This document shows, one piece after another, positions 25,751 through 39,949 of a DNA stretch of 64,000 nucleotides (its first letter is position 1; every line of letters starts with the position of its first letter). The DNA is from the human T2T-CHM13v2.0 reference genome, Homo sapiens. The stretch lies in assembly GCA_009914755.4 (NCBI GenBank), contig CP068257.2:15456001-15520000 (forward strand), read 5' to 3'. A program made the translations under genes and the position numbers. The notes beneath the pieces were generated by a model. The model worked only from the letters and a program-made list of their open reading frames with translations. It was not told the DNA's origin and searched no databases.

Positions 25751-26374
25751 TATTAGGCCCCGGTCTCATTCCAGACACCGGACCAACTTGGACTGTGCCC
25801 CAAAAAACTTGTCATCCCTACTATCTTCTGTCTACTCATACTCCTATTCACCATTCTCAACTACTCATACATGCCCTGCTCTTGTTTACACTGCTGATTT
25901 ACACTGTTTCTCCAAGCCATCACAGCTGATATCTCCTGGTGCTATCCCCAAACCGCCACTCTTAACTCTTAAAGTAAATAAATAATCTTTGCTGGCAGGA
26001 CTATGCTGAATCCCCTTAGGCACTCTCTAATTAGATGTCCTAGGTCCTCCCAATTCTTAGACCTTTAATACCTGTTTTTCTCCTTCTCTTATTCCGTTTA
26101 GTTTTTCAATTCATACAAAACCACATCCAGACCATCACCAATAATTCTAAATGACAAATGTTTCTTCTAACAATCCCACAATGTCACCCCTTACCACAAA
26201 ATCTTCCTTCAGCTTCATCTCTCGCACTCTAGGTTCCCACGCCGCCCCTAATCCCGCTTGAAGCAACCCTGAGAGACATCACCCATTCTCTCTCTCCATA
26301 CCACCCCCAAAAATTTTCACCACCCCAACACTTCAACACTATTTTGTTTTATTTTTCTTATTAATATAAGAAGG

Positions 26375-26790
26375 CAGGAATGTCAGGCCTCTGAGCCCAA
26401 GCTAAGCCATCGCAGCCCCTGTGACTTGCAGGTATATATGCCCAGATGGCCTGAAGTAACTGAAGAATCACAAAAGAAGTGAAAATGCCCTGCCCGGCCT
26501 TAACTGATGACATTCCACCACAAAAGAAGTGAAAATGGCCAGTCCTTGCCTTAAGTGATGACATTACCTTGTAAAAATCCTTTTCCTGGCTCATCCTGGC
26601 TCAAAAAGCTCCCCTACTAAGCACCTTGCAACCCCCACTCCTGCCCACCAGAGAACAATCCCCCTTTGACTGTAATTTTCCTTTACCTACCCAAATCCTA
26701 TAAAGTGGCCCCACCCCTGTCTCCCTTCGCTAACTCTCTTTTTGGACTCAGCTTTGCTGATCTCAACTAATAAAAGTGTTTTTGTTGACA
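26375..26790 (+). mobile_element. HERV-H 3' LTR (LTR7), 3' portion (U5) truncated or replaced
   Basis: TGTCAGGCCTCTGAGCCCAAGCTAAGCCATCGCAGCCCC...CCTATAAAGTGGCCCCACCCCTGTCTCCCTTCGCTAACTCTCTTTTTGGACTCAGC matches the 5' LTR. By my manual count the two copies differ at about 20 positions in 375 bp. It then diverges to TTTGCTGATCTCAACTAATAAAAGTG..., where the 5' LTR continues CTGCCTGCACCCAGGTGATTAAAAGCTTTATTGCTCACAC... Confidence 0.75.
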
Positions 26791-28756
26791 TTTTTCTAAC
26801 AGAAAAACAATGCATTCTGAGAAACAGAATAATAACGTGGAACAACTGCTTCTTCCTGCCAAAACTTTATTTGAAGTTTGTTAAAAAAAAAAAAAGTTAA
26901 GACAAACAATTATAATGACTTTTCATTAGCAAAAAGCTCTACTTTAAAAATAAAACTCTAGGACAACTTTTTTCAGATTCAGCATACAGGTGAAATTCAA
27001 TTTATAACTCTCTGAAAACCTGTTGGAGCACTTTCCTGTTGCTTTTCTCATTTTATATCACATTCTGTGCTATTTTTAAAGAAACTCAATGTGCCAAGTG
27101 GAAAATGTTTTTACATGCTATGAAAGATAAAAAGTGCTTTTTCCCCCAAGGATGTTTTACACATTAACCTGTTTTCCTTTGCTTTCTATTTTTCACATGC
27201 CCCTTGCTCATATGTTTTGACTGGTTTTGCTCCAATGAAGGCAAAGCCACGCCCATCAGGAACTTCAAAGTCATTGAAACTCACCAAAGACCAACTCCTA
27301 TGATCAGCCCGTGGACAATACCGGTTATTTTCAAACCAGTCCTTAGTCACCAGGATTCTTGACAAGCTCCTGCAAAGCAGACACAGGTTTGTCTTGGTGG
27401 AAGCTGCTGACTGTCATCCCCTCAGTTTGAAACTCGAGGTCCTGCTTTGGTGTGGAAGCAGAGCTTTTCTTGGCAGGTGAAAGATTGCTTAGCAAAGGAA
27501 ACGGTGTCAAATGGAATATGTCAGAACCTATCTCAGAACAAGGTCACCCTGACCCTAAATGAATTCCACAAAAACTCATTGGAGACACTGTTTTGCAAAT
27601 CTGGACTTCAACCAAAAAGAAAGAAAAGTGGACCACAGTAACCAAAGCTTTCCTCATCCTTCAGGTTGAGGTCTGGAAAACAGAATCAAAGCCTCCCTTC
27701 AATTCCTCCTCACCACCTGCCTTACCCAGATGTACATTTTAAATTTAATCATAAATCACATAAAACAGGTAACACAGATGAATTCAAATGAGGTGGATTG
27801 CATGCATGGAAGGCCAGTGCAGTATAGTTTACCAATGATTACAAGTATACTTTCTGCTTAATGTACATCACAACCATGTTAAGTGAGTTACTACTAACCA
27901 CATTTCATGGGTGATGAAATGAGATATGCCATTTTGGGGGCCTGCCTGTGATAGGCCACACAGAAAATAAAGAGGAAAATGCATCCTTGGGCTAGGCTCT
28001 TTCCGATCTTTCTCTCAACATTCTTTCGATGGCAGCAGCTCAGAGACAATGAGGACCTATCAATCTGCCTTTCTCCAATTCTCCTACCCCAGTCACCTAA
28101 TGTTACCTAAACCCAAAAAGGAAATATATACAACTTCAAACTCTTCTCTAAACACTAATTCTCCTGGTCGAAGCTTCAGCAAGGATGCCTTCCACCTCTC
28201 AAGGGCACCCCACCGACTGATTCCTCTGTGTCCTGAAGATCCCTATTGTGGCTAGTGGATAATAACGCTCAGGAATGTACTTCTACCCCATGAACCAGAA
28301 CACTGTAAAACTGTTGTTCACATTTATCCAATAAAATCCAGACAATACATCTGGTTCTTTTTATATTTTTAATAGTGGAAATGTGTTTGTGATTTAAAAA
28401 CTTAGTTTCTGTCAAAAGAAGTATAATACATAGTATTCAACAGTTTCAGGATCTCTTGTCAAAAGAGATAATTGCAGAACTTTAACAGACTAACATGGTA
28501 CTATATAGAAAAATGACCTCTAAAATATAACACATGGTTTTAGCTTCTAGGGATGATATCTGAAAGTTAATCCGACATTTATAACCAACTGACCAGGATG
28601 TTCAAAAACTCATGGCCCTAAGGCGTCTAGGAGACAATTAAGAAGAATGGACATTACTCACAATGGGAACAATTTCCAGCTTTGCAGAGGAACACAGATT
28701 TGGGGGGCTTTGCAGCCGTCCCTCATAATGGGAACAATTCATATTTTCTTCCCTTA

Positions 28757-28963
<207 letters not shown>

Positions 28964-31900
28964 ACGAGGGAACTTTGCGAAAGTGTGGTTAGAAAACTAG
29001 AGTTGGATAGTTAGGCTTATTTTAAGAAGTTTAAATATTATTTAGAAGAGAAAAAGAAACTACTTCTTATCCCTGACTCATCCACTCTTTCTCATTTTCA
29101 TGTTTTTGCCTGACGTTGTTGCTCATCAATTTTGACTTAAGAAAATTCTAGCAACATTTATAGATTTTGCCAAAATTCAGCTTCTTCCCAAATCAATCTA
29201 TAAGAAGGCTCTTCCTTAAACATAATTTTTATATCTATGAACTGCACTAGCATTTACTATATATTTTTATCACTCTCACCATTACTGGATAATAAATAAA
29301 AGCTCATTAAAAGAGTTAACAAAACATATTTATTTTAGGCATCCTGAAAAAAAGATTCAATTTTATTATCATTTCTACAATAAGTATTGAAGAAAGGAGA
29401 ATTTAAATTACTTCATATACGTGATAAAGGAAAACATATACAAGGCAAATAAACATCTTAGATCATGACATATAAAATAATAGATTATTACTAAAGATTA
29501 AAATACTTTCTTAAGAATTAAAGCAATTCTAAAAGCAATAGTAAATAACATTCTTTCTAGTGATCAGACACTGGATACTATGTTTGAGATAGACAGTGAA
29601 TTGGGAATGTTGTTTTACAGAAGCTCCTACCTTGCAAGGACAGGCAAGTTTAAATGTCAGCTAGAAAACTATCTTGAGTTTTCAGTAATGTAAGATTTTC
29701 CTATTCAATTTCACACTTTAAATTTTATATATATATAAAAGTCATGATTCTATTGAAAAAATTTCTAAATTGGTACATTTAACTTTATATTCTATTATTA
29801 TAAAATACAAACAGATTATTAAGCACAGCTGCACAAAGTCGTCATTTCAAAAGAGTTTTAAGAACTGGATAAGCAAATAAGTGTAACCTTAGTCATGTTA
29901 GGAATAAGAGAATTCAGTGGAACAATAGTGTGTGAGTTTCCTTTCAATTTTTTCATCCTCACAATGGAGAATCAGCTGGGGAGCCAGATTTACGAATAAT
30001 ATTTATTCCACTTGTGTTACATAGAGTGTTCTTATGTTAAGAAAGTTGTCAGGATTTTAATTAACATTGCGAAAATTTATTTACATAAATATGCAAAGAA
30101 ATCACACTAATATTGAAGAGCCACAAAACAATAAAAAATTATTAAAGAAAGACAATCTCAGAGCACTAGCGACCTGTCCTTAGTGTGTTCCATACAAATT
30201 TGTTGTATTGCCTGTAAGCCATTTATCTCTTCCTTATCAATTCTTTCCTTTCTTTCCACAAAATTATCCCTAGCTAGTTCACAGGATTGTTATAAACATC
30301 AAATGAAATGATGAATATTCATGTACTTCATAAGTTATAAAATGCTTATCCAATATGAAACAGTGTTTTTATTGTGTGTGTTGAATAAGAAAGGAAAGTT
30401 TGAGGTTTCCAGCTAATTGTCTTTCAAATTTGAAACACGTGTCATAGTAATTATCCTTTTGTATCTCTTTTTTTAGAATTCTTGAGTGATGGGTGCTACA
30501 GATCTGAAAATCATTATGCTGGAATATTTCCACTCCTCCCAACCACAAATATGTGTCTATCAAGAGAGGCTGTATGTTGCTGTGAATCCCAAATGGTATT
30601 AATTGAATTAGAGGTTCTAAAATATCATTGTGAACATTTAAAAAGTTCTGCCATTTCTAATTGGTTCATGGTTGTGTAACAAAAATTGTGAATGTATTTT
30701 GAAGCAACTCAGAATGATAAAATGAGATTTTACTCAAACCCTTCATATAATTTCACCTTGATTCTAGAATCATTGGGTGAGTTACATCAAGTATTTCAAT
30801 AAGCAATAAAAAAGTTAGAATGGGGGGAAAGGACCAGATGGCCAACTAGATGCAGCTAGGAAATACCTCTCCCATTGAAAGAAAGCAGAATATGAAGTAA
30901 ACCATCATATTTTGAACAGATCTTTTGAGAGAAAATACTGAACATCAATAAAGGGGGGATGCAGAAACTGAGGTTGAAGACAGAGAAAGCTGGGAAGCCT
31001 ACACTGAGTCACCGAGTGTCAGACTGGCTCCTGGTCCTGAACAAGTCCTAAGGAAGGGTTAAGTGAAGGAAGTCCAGGGCACCACACTCCCATCATGGAC
31101 CTCTGGGATCCTAGCTACAAAAGATCCCATGACTCCATAGACATTTGAATTGGCAGGGGAAACTGCCTGGAAAGTAAGAAGAAGAAGAGCTCAAAACTGT
31201 GTGGAGCTCAGAAGGTGTTATAGCTCATGGTACAGCTGCAGCAAAACATCACCCAGGCATTCATCCCCCAAGGCTCCCCATCTGGATCCAAGTGACTATA
31301 ACAACTGCTGACTGTCAGGCCAGGAGAGAGCAGGATTGTCTTTCCTCTGGGACCGGAAAGCATCTGATCCCTGTGCTGCCCCTTGTCTGCCAGCCCCTTC
31401 CAAGGCCACGGGTCCGGCCACTCCCACAAGAGAGTGAACACAGAACAGCCTCCACTTCCCATCTGAGTGTTTTGCTGGCAACCTGGGATTAGTTCAGCAC
31501 CCCAAGTACAACTGGTGCTTGACCCTGAGGGGCCAGAGGAAAAAGCTGTGGCCCAATTCCCAAACCCCTAGGTTTGAGTATACCACCCACAGGTATTGAG
31601 CTGAGATCTGTGGCTAGAGCTTGAGCAGGGGAGGAGCCTCTACTCTCAGAACACAGAAAACAGTGAGGCACAGGTTTATGTTCAGGCATGGGAGCTGAGC
31701 ATCCCTCCCTCAGCAAGACTGGTGCAGGAAGTGTGTAGCCTGTTGGGCAGCCACAGCTTTTGCCCAAGGCAGCCCCATGGCATGGAACACCTGGAATAGC
31801 CCAGTGATCTGGGTGAAGAAGGCTTCAGACAAATCTAGCTGTTCAGGCCTACTCCTGGGGCAGACAGCAGAGGGAAACTGGGTCAGGGGAACACAAGCTG

Positions 31901-33795
31901 GGGAGGCCCCAAGGCCACCTGCTGGTTAAAAATCCCAGGCCATGCGCACCACACCAGCTGCACACCTGTGGCATCACAGTCTTGCCAGCGGATCCTTCAC
32001 CTTTGACCAACTGCATCACCAGATCACCCACAGACATATCCTACAACCTTCTCTGACTGCCCAGCTTAGACCAGTGGGTCTCTGGGGAGCTACAGATCTC
32101 TTAGTGACCTAATCTTCAGTTCAGGCCACCCCTAAGGGAGGAGGGAGTGCAACCTGCCAGGGTCCCCCCTTGAGGCTGAGGAAACACAGTCATGGTGCCA
32201 CTGATTGCAGAGGGCTCCCCTAAGGCCCAAGAATGACCTTGGTGAAACGGTCATTTCTTGCCCCTCTATCTCTCCTTCCCCAGAAGACTGCTCTATATGC
32301 ACTGAAATACAAAACAGGTGTATGGCAGAGCCTATCTGCTAGACCTTACTCTTAAGCACCATCTATTGTATCATAACCTGAATTACACCACCAAATAAAA
32401 ACAAATTCCTTCACTTTGCAATGCCTATGAAACCCAGTGCAGGAAACTAACCACAATTAAGGAACTCATGCAGAGCCTTGGCACTCTGAAAGCACAAAGA
32501 ACATCCAGAAATGAAGCCAACTAATGGTACACGACATATACCACAGTCAAACTCTCAAGGGAAAAAAGAATATAAAAACAAAAAACCCCATCCAAACAAT
32601 AGCAATTTAAAAGTAACAGGAAGCACCAGCCCCTCAGATGAGAAGAAATCAGTGCAAGAATTCTAGCAATTCAGAAGGTCAGAGTGTTTCCTTACCGCTA
32701 AAGGATTGCACTAGGTCCCTAGCAATGGATCCTAAGCAGATTGAGAGGTCTGAAATGACAGAAATATAATTTAGAACCTGGATGGCAAGGAAGCTCAGTG
32801 AGATTCCAGAGAAAGTTGAAATTCAGTTTAAGGAAACCAATGAAATAATCCAGGAGTTAAAAGGTAACACAGCCTTTTTATGAAAGAACCAAACTGAACT
32901 TCTGGAATTGAAAAATTCACTACAAGAATTTAAAAATATAACTGGAGACCTTAACACCAGGCTAGACCAAAGAAACAATTTGAGAGCTCAAAAACTGGTT
33001 ATTCAAATCAACCTAGACAAAAATCAAGAAAAGTGAATTTAAAAATAAAATCTTCAAGAAATATGAGATTATGTAAACAGAGAAAAACCTACGAGTCAGT
33101 GGCATTCCTGAGAGAGAAGGAGGGAGAGTAAGCAACTTGGAAAACATATTTTAGGATATAATTCATAAAAATTCCCCTAATCTCACCAGAGGGGTCAACA
33201 TGCAAAGTCAAGAAATTCAGGGAACCCTTGAAAGATACTTACAAGATGACTATCCCCAAGACACATAGTCATCAGACTCTCTAGGGTGAACATGAAAGAA
33301 AAAAATCTTGAAGGTAACTAGAGAAAAGTCAGGTCACTTACAAAGAAAACCCTATCAGGCTAACATCAGACTTCTCAGCTGAAATTTTACAAGCCTGAAG
33401 AGATTGGGGGCCTATTTTAAGCACTTTTTAAATGAAATTCTAATCAATTTTATATTCTTCCAAACTAAGCTTCATAAGCAAAGGAGAAATAAAATCTTCC
33501 AGACAAGCAGTCACTAAGGGAATCTATTACTGCTAGACCGGCCTTACAAGAGATTCTAAGGGAGTTCTAAACATGAAAACAAAAGAACACCTGCTACCAC
33601 AAAATTACATTTAAGTAATATAGCCCACCAATTATATAAAGAAACTACACAATTGAGATTACAAAGCAACCAGCTAACAACATCATGACAGGATGAAAAC
33701 CTCACATATCAATATTAACCTTGAATGCAAATGATCTCAACACCCCACTTAAAAGGCACAGAGTGGCAAGTTAGATTTTTAAAAAACCAAGACCT

Positions 33796-34109
<314 letters not shown>

Positions 34110-36361
34110 ACCAAGACCCAACAATCTGCAGTCTTCAAGATATCCTTCTCACATACAAGGATACCCATAGGCAAAAAAACATCAAGAAATGGAGAAAGAT
34201 CTATCATGCAAACAGAAAACAAAAACAACAAGGGCCAAGCATCACTATTCTTATATCAGATAAAACAGAATTTAAACAAAAAAAGAAAGAAAAAAAAAAG
34301 AACAAAGATAGGCATTACATCACATAAAGGGTTCAATTCAACAAGTCTTAATTATCCTAAGTATATAAATACCCAACATTGGAGCACCCAGATTCATAAA
34401 CAAGTACTTAAAGACCTACAAAAAAATTAGACAACCCCACAATAATAGCTGGGGGGCTTCTACACCCCATTAGCAGCGTTAGATCATCAAGGCAGAAAAC
34501 TCACAAAGAAATTCTGGACTTAAATTCAACACTTGGCCAATTGGACCTAATAGACATCTGCAGAACACTACACCCAACAACCACAGAATATACATTCTTC
34601 CCATTGACACACAGAACACACTCTAAAATAGAATACATGCTTGGCCATAAAACAAGTCTCAGTAAATTCAAAAAAATCAAAATTATATCAAGCACATTCT
34701 TGGAACACAGTGGAATAAAAATAGAAATCAATACCAGGAAGACACCTCAAAATCACACAATCACATGGAAATTAAACAGCTTGCTCATAAATGACTTTTG
34801 GATAAACAACAAATTTAAGGCAGAAATCAAAAAAATTATTGGAAATTAATGAAAACAGAAATGCAACATATCAAAATCTCCAGGATGTAACAAAAGCAGT
34901 GTTAAGAGGAAAGTTTATAGCAATAAATATCTAGATCAAGAAGTTAGAAAGATCTCAAATTAACAATCTAAATCACATCTAGAGGAACTAGGAAAACGAG
35001 AACAAACTAACTCCAAAGCTAGCATAAGAAAAGAAATAATTAAAATCAGAGCAGAACTGAACAAAATTGAGACCCAAAAATCCATACAAAGCATCAATGA
35101 AAACAAAACTTGATTCCTTGAAAGGATAAAGAAGATTGATTGATAGACCACTAGATAGATTTAAAAAGAAAAAAAGAGAGAAGATCAAAATAAGTATAAT
35201 CAGAAATGACAAAGATTACATCACAACTGATCCCGCAGAATTACAAAAGTGCCTTAGAAACTACTATGAATACTTCTATGCACACAAATTAGAAAATCTA
35301 CAGGAAATGGATAAACTTTGGACACACACAATCTTCCAAGATTGAATCAGGAAGAAGTTGAAATCCTAAACAGAACTATAATGAGTTCCAAAATTGAATC
35401 AGTAATAAAAAGAAAAACCTACCAACCAAAAAGAAGTCCTATACCAGATGGATTCACAGGCAAATTCTACAAGACGCACAAAGAAGAGCTTATACCAATC
35501 TTACTGTAATTCAAAAAATTGAGGAGAGACTCCTCCATAACTCATTCCATTAATCCAGCATCATCCTGACACCAAAATCTGGCAAGAAAAATACAATGAT
35601 AAAGGAAAACTACAGGCCAATATTTCTGAGGAACACAAATGCAAAAATCCACTACAAAATACTAGCAACCCAAATCCAGCTGCGCATCAAAAAGTTAATT
35701 CACCATGATCAGGTAGGCTTCTTTCTTGGGATGCAAGTTTGGTTCAATGCATACAAATTGATAAATGCAATTAACCACATAAAGAGAATTAAAAACAAAA
35801 ACCATATGATCATCTTAACAGATGCAGAAAATGCTTTTGATAAAATTCAACATCCCTTTATGATTAAAAAAAATCCCTCAACTAGGCATTGAAAAAACAC
35901 CTCAAAATAATAAGGGTCACCTATAACAAAGCCATAGCCAAAATTATACTGATTGGAACCATTTATCTTGAGAACTGGAACAAGACAAGTTTGCCTACTC
36001 TTACCACTCCTCTTCAATACAGTACTGGAAGGCCTACCCCAAGCAATCAAGTAAGAGAAATAAAAGGCATTCAAATAGCAATAGAAGAAGTCAAATTATT
36101 TCTCTTCACTGATTATATAATTCTATACTTGGAAAGCCCTAAAGGCTCGACCAAAAGGCTCCTAGAACTAAAAAATGACCTCAGTAAAGTTTCAAGATAT
36201 AAAACCAACGTACAAAAATCAGCAGTATCTCTCTACAGTAATAATGTTCAAGCTGAAAGACAAGTCATGAATGCAATCCCACTTATAGTAGCCACACAAA
36301 AATATAAAATACCTAGGAAATACAAATAAAAACCACGATGAGATACCATCTCACACCTATC

Positions 36362-36711
<350 letters not shown>

Positions 36712-37707
36712 TTAGTTCAGCCATTGTGGAAAGCCATTCAGAGATTTCTCAAAGAACTAAATACAGAACCACAATTCAACCCAGCAGTCACATTACTAGG
36801 TATATACCCAAAGGAAAATAAACCATCGTACCAAAAAGACACATGCCTTCATATATTTAACACAACACTATTCACAATGGCAAGAATATGGAATCAACCT
36901 AGGTGCCCATCATCAGTGGATTGGATAAAGAAGATGTGGTACATATCCACCATGGAATACTATGTAGCTATTAAAAAGTGAAATTATGTCCCTGGCAGCA
37001 ATGTGGATGCAAGTAGTCACCGTTATCCTAAGGAATTAACGCAGGAACAGAAAACCAAATACCATATGTTCTCACTTAGAAGTGGGAGCTAAATATTGAT
37101 TACTCATGGAAGTAAAGCTGATAACAATAAACACTGGGGACTACTAAAGGGAGGAGGAGGAAGGGGAGCAAAGTTTGTAAAACTACCTATGGGGTACTAT
37201 GCTCACTACCTGGGTGACAGGATCAATCATACCCCAAGCCTCAGCATCACACAATATACCCAGGTAACAAACCTGCACTTGTACCCTCTGAATCTAAATA
37301 AAATTTTAAATAAAACTAACAAGCAAACAAACAAAACAAAGAAGTGAGAAGAGGGTAATTATATGGGAATTTTCCTTATGACCTTAGGCATAGTATTCAT
37401 CAGAGTAAAAATTAACAATTAAAGTGTCAGTAGTAAAAGCACACCAGCTTATAAATAGAGTTATTTTTCTGCCAGTGGGCACCAAACTGGGGTACATGCA
37501 CCCCAGAATACATGCAAGAGGGGTCATGGGGATATGTGAAGAATGTATTAGAACTTCTAATAATTTTTATCCAAAATTTGGTGATTAAGCTTTATTAATA
37601 TTTAGACTAACAAGGTACATATTACTGATGTATAGATAATTATCTTTATATTGTGGGGTGCATGGTTGCTCAAATATACTTATTGATAGAAATACAAATT
37701 AAATTAT

Positions 37708-38068
37708 GGGCAGGTGTAGTGGCTCATGCCTACAATCCCAGCACTTTGGGATTGTAGTCTGAGACCAGCCTGGGGAATGTAGTAAGATGAAGAAAGAAGA
37801 AAGAAAAGAAAAGAGAAAGTTAGCCAGGTATAGTTGTGTGCAGAAGGAAGGAAGGAAGGAAGGAAGGAAGGAAGGAAGGAAGGAAGGAAGAAAGCAAGCC
37901 AGGTATAGTTGTGTGTACTTGTGTTCCTGGCTACTCGGGAGGCTGAGGCAGGAGGATCACCTGAGTCCAAGAGGTCGAAGCTACAGTGTGCAATGATCAT
38001 GCCACTGTACTCCAGCCTGGGTGATGGAGTCAGACCCTGTCTCAAAAAGAGAGAGAGAAAGAGAGAAA
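37708..38068 (+). mobile_element. Old Alu carrying an internal (GGAA)n microsatellite and a 19-bp segmental duplication in its middle region
   Basis: GGGCAGGTGTAGTGGCTCATGCCTACAATCCCAGCACTTTGGGA...AGTTAGCCAGGTATAGTTGTGTGCAG(AAGG)11AAGAAAGCAAGCCAGGTATAGTTGTGTGTACTTGTGTTCCTGGCTACTCGGGAGGCTGAGGCAGGAGGATCACCTGAGTCCAAGAGGTCGAAGCTACAGTGTGCAATGATCATGCCACTGTACTCCAGCCTGGGTGATGGAGTCAGACCCTGTCTC plus GA-rich tail. Flanks AAATTAAATTATG / AAATTTAAAATTTTG. Confidence 0.85.
37844..37890. repeat. (GGAA)n / (TTCC)n tetranucleotide microsatellite, about 11 units
   Basis: aaggaaggaagg... uninterrupted. It gives rise to the ORFs 37704-38045 (-) and 37787-37996 (+) with SFLP/KEGR repeats. Confidence 0.95.
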
Positions 38069-38409
38069 TTTAAAATTTTGAAAAGCACCAACCTAAACAA
38101 TAAGGGAAATTTTACATTAAGTTACATTGTCTCTAGACTACACTGTAGCAAATTATTAGAATAACAGGAGTCCACAGGAGCAAAGTCTTTGAAGAAAAAC
38201 AAAATTAAGCAACAATTTTAAACAAAGGAAACATGTTTTAAACATAAAGTTCAGTGTTTCTGAAAATGGATAATGCTAACTCACAACACACATAGCTGAC
38301 ATAGCTGCACAAGGAAAATGTGAGAGAGGAAGCAAGGAAGGAAAGGAGGGAGGGAGGGAGGGAGGGAATGTGAAGAGAAAGTAAATGCAGTGTAAAAGTA
38401 AAGACTAGT

Positions 38410-38745
<336 letters not shown>

Positions 38746-39949
38746 CTAAAGATTTTAGTGTCTAATATATTGTTTTAAAACCTCCTTGTCTTTAATAAAC
38801 CATAATTTTTTTTGTTTCCTCCGCTAAAGACACTGAAAAATTCAGGTGCAAATGAAAATGAAAGCAAAACTGCTCTACTCATATTTGTTTCCTTCATTCT
38901 CGATATTGTTCCTCTGCCTCCAGGTCTGTGCAGTCTCTCATCTGAAGGAGTAGACAACAAAGCCACTGTGCATTCTTCCTCCTGAGAACTGTAGATTGCA
39001 CAACCTGATACCAATCATAGCTCAAGACCGTTACACTAGAAATCAGAAAACTTAGACTCGAGAATTATTTCTTTCAGAGTATACAATCTTAACAACACAT
39101 TAACTTTGGAAGGGGTTGGGTTGAAATTTCCCTTCCGTGAAATCCTATGTTGCCCCTGTTTATTTCCAAAATCCTAGCTGTAATTGTCTATGATCCCATA
39201 TTATTTCATCATATCAATTTGAAATGTACTATAGGGGGAAAAATATACAACCTGTAAATTTCTCTGATCTATCACATAATTTCATCTGTGAATTGCAGTG
39301 TTCCAAATGTGATCATAAGATTCATTCATACATTTATTTAGGAAGCATTTATTAATTCCCCTATGATCTGTCAGATAATGTGCCAAATGCTTCACCTATG
39401 ACAGTAAACAGAGATTTCTCTTTTGTGTATTCACAGAGTTTAGGGGCTGCTGGAAAAGACAGATTAGCAAGCATTTACACAAGCAAGGTGCTAAGAACTA
39501 TGATGGGGGCATGTGAGGCATATAAGAACATAGATAAATATTTAATTCTGACTTAAAGGGTTAAAATTTCCTGGAGGAAGTGACATATAAGTCACCTAAA
39601 ATATAAATAAGAATTGACCAGGTGAAGGGGTGACAAAGTCCAGGTGAAGGGGTGACAAAGTCCAGATGAAGAAAAGTCATTAGCACCATACATATCAAAA
39701 AGAGACATTTTATGAAATCTAAAGTCTGGGCTGCTATACTGTACATCTCTGAGGACAGTACCAGAGCCCATGAGGTCCTCCCTTGAATTGTGCAGGCCAC
39801 AGTATTTGTGGCATAGGGTCATCCCTTCAAAACTTGCTTTATTATGGTTGAGGTCAGAAGTATGAATGAAGACATGAAGAGGTAAGAAGAGGTCAAATAT
39901 AACAGGGCATCGTTATCCAAGTGTGGAAGCTGGGTTAAAGTATTTGAAA

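Larger units (their letters stand above)
20475..26790 (+). mobile_element. HERV-H provirus (LTR7 - tRNA-His PBS - gag/pro/pol remnants - truncated LTR7)
   Basis: 5' LTR TGTCAGGCCTCTGAGCCCAAGCTAAGCCATCGCATCCC...CCTATAAAATGGCCCCACCCC...TCTTCACACGGACGCACATGAAA matches LTR7. It is followed directly by the PBS TGGTGCCGTGACTCAGAT, which is complementary to the tRNA-His 3' end. Internal ORFs carry the retroviral protease motif (...LLGQDILTKL...) and the RT N-terminus (...[49 protein letters not shown]...). They also carry RNase H (...TWFIDGSST...KAGYAIV...QAKLVALTQAL...KGHQKG...GNAYADKVARQAA) and integrase remnants (...DFTHMPQV...VDTFTG.VEAFPT...). The env region is largely absent, as is typical of HERV-H. 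A second LTR7 copy lies at 26375. Confidence 0.85.

Noticed and set aside
27170-27480. Possible host exon on the minus strand (reads ...MTVSSFHQDKPVSALQELVKNPGD and ...DWFENNRYCPRADHRSWSLVSFNDFEVPDGRGFAFIGAKPVKTYEQGACEK, with a GTGAGT donor-like hexamer)
   Set aside because: The open stretches are short and in different frames, are not in the ORF track at 60 aa or more, and have no domain I recognise. GT-AG-like motifs occur by chance at this length. A BLASTX or transcript alignment would settle it, and I cannot run one.
39590-39660. Local tandem duplications: CAGGTGAAGGGGTGACAAAGTC x2 here and AAGAGGTCTTGCAATATTTTTCT x2 at 61323-61368
   Set aside because: These are seen in sequence, but they are ordinary replication-slippage duplications in unique DNA with no further structure such as inverted repeats or coding context.
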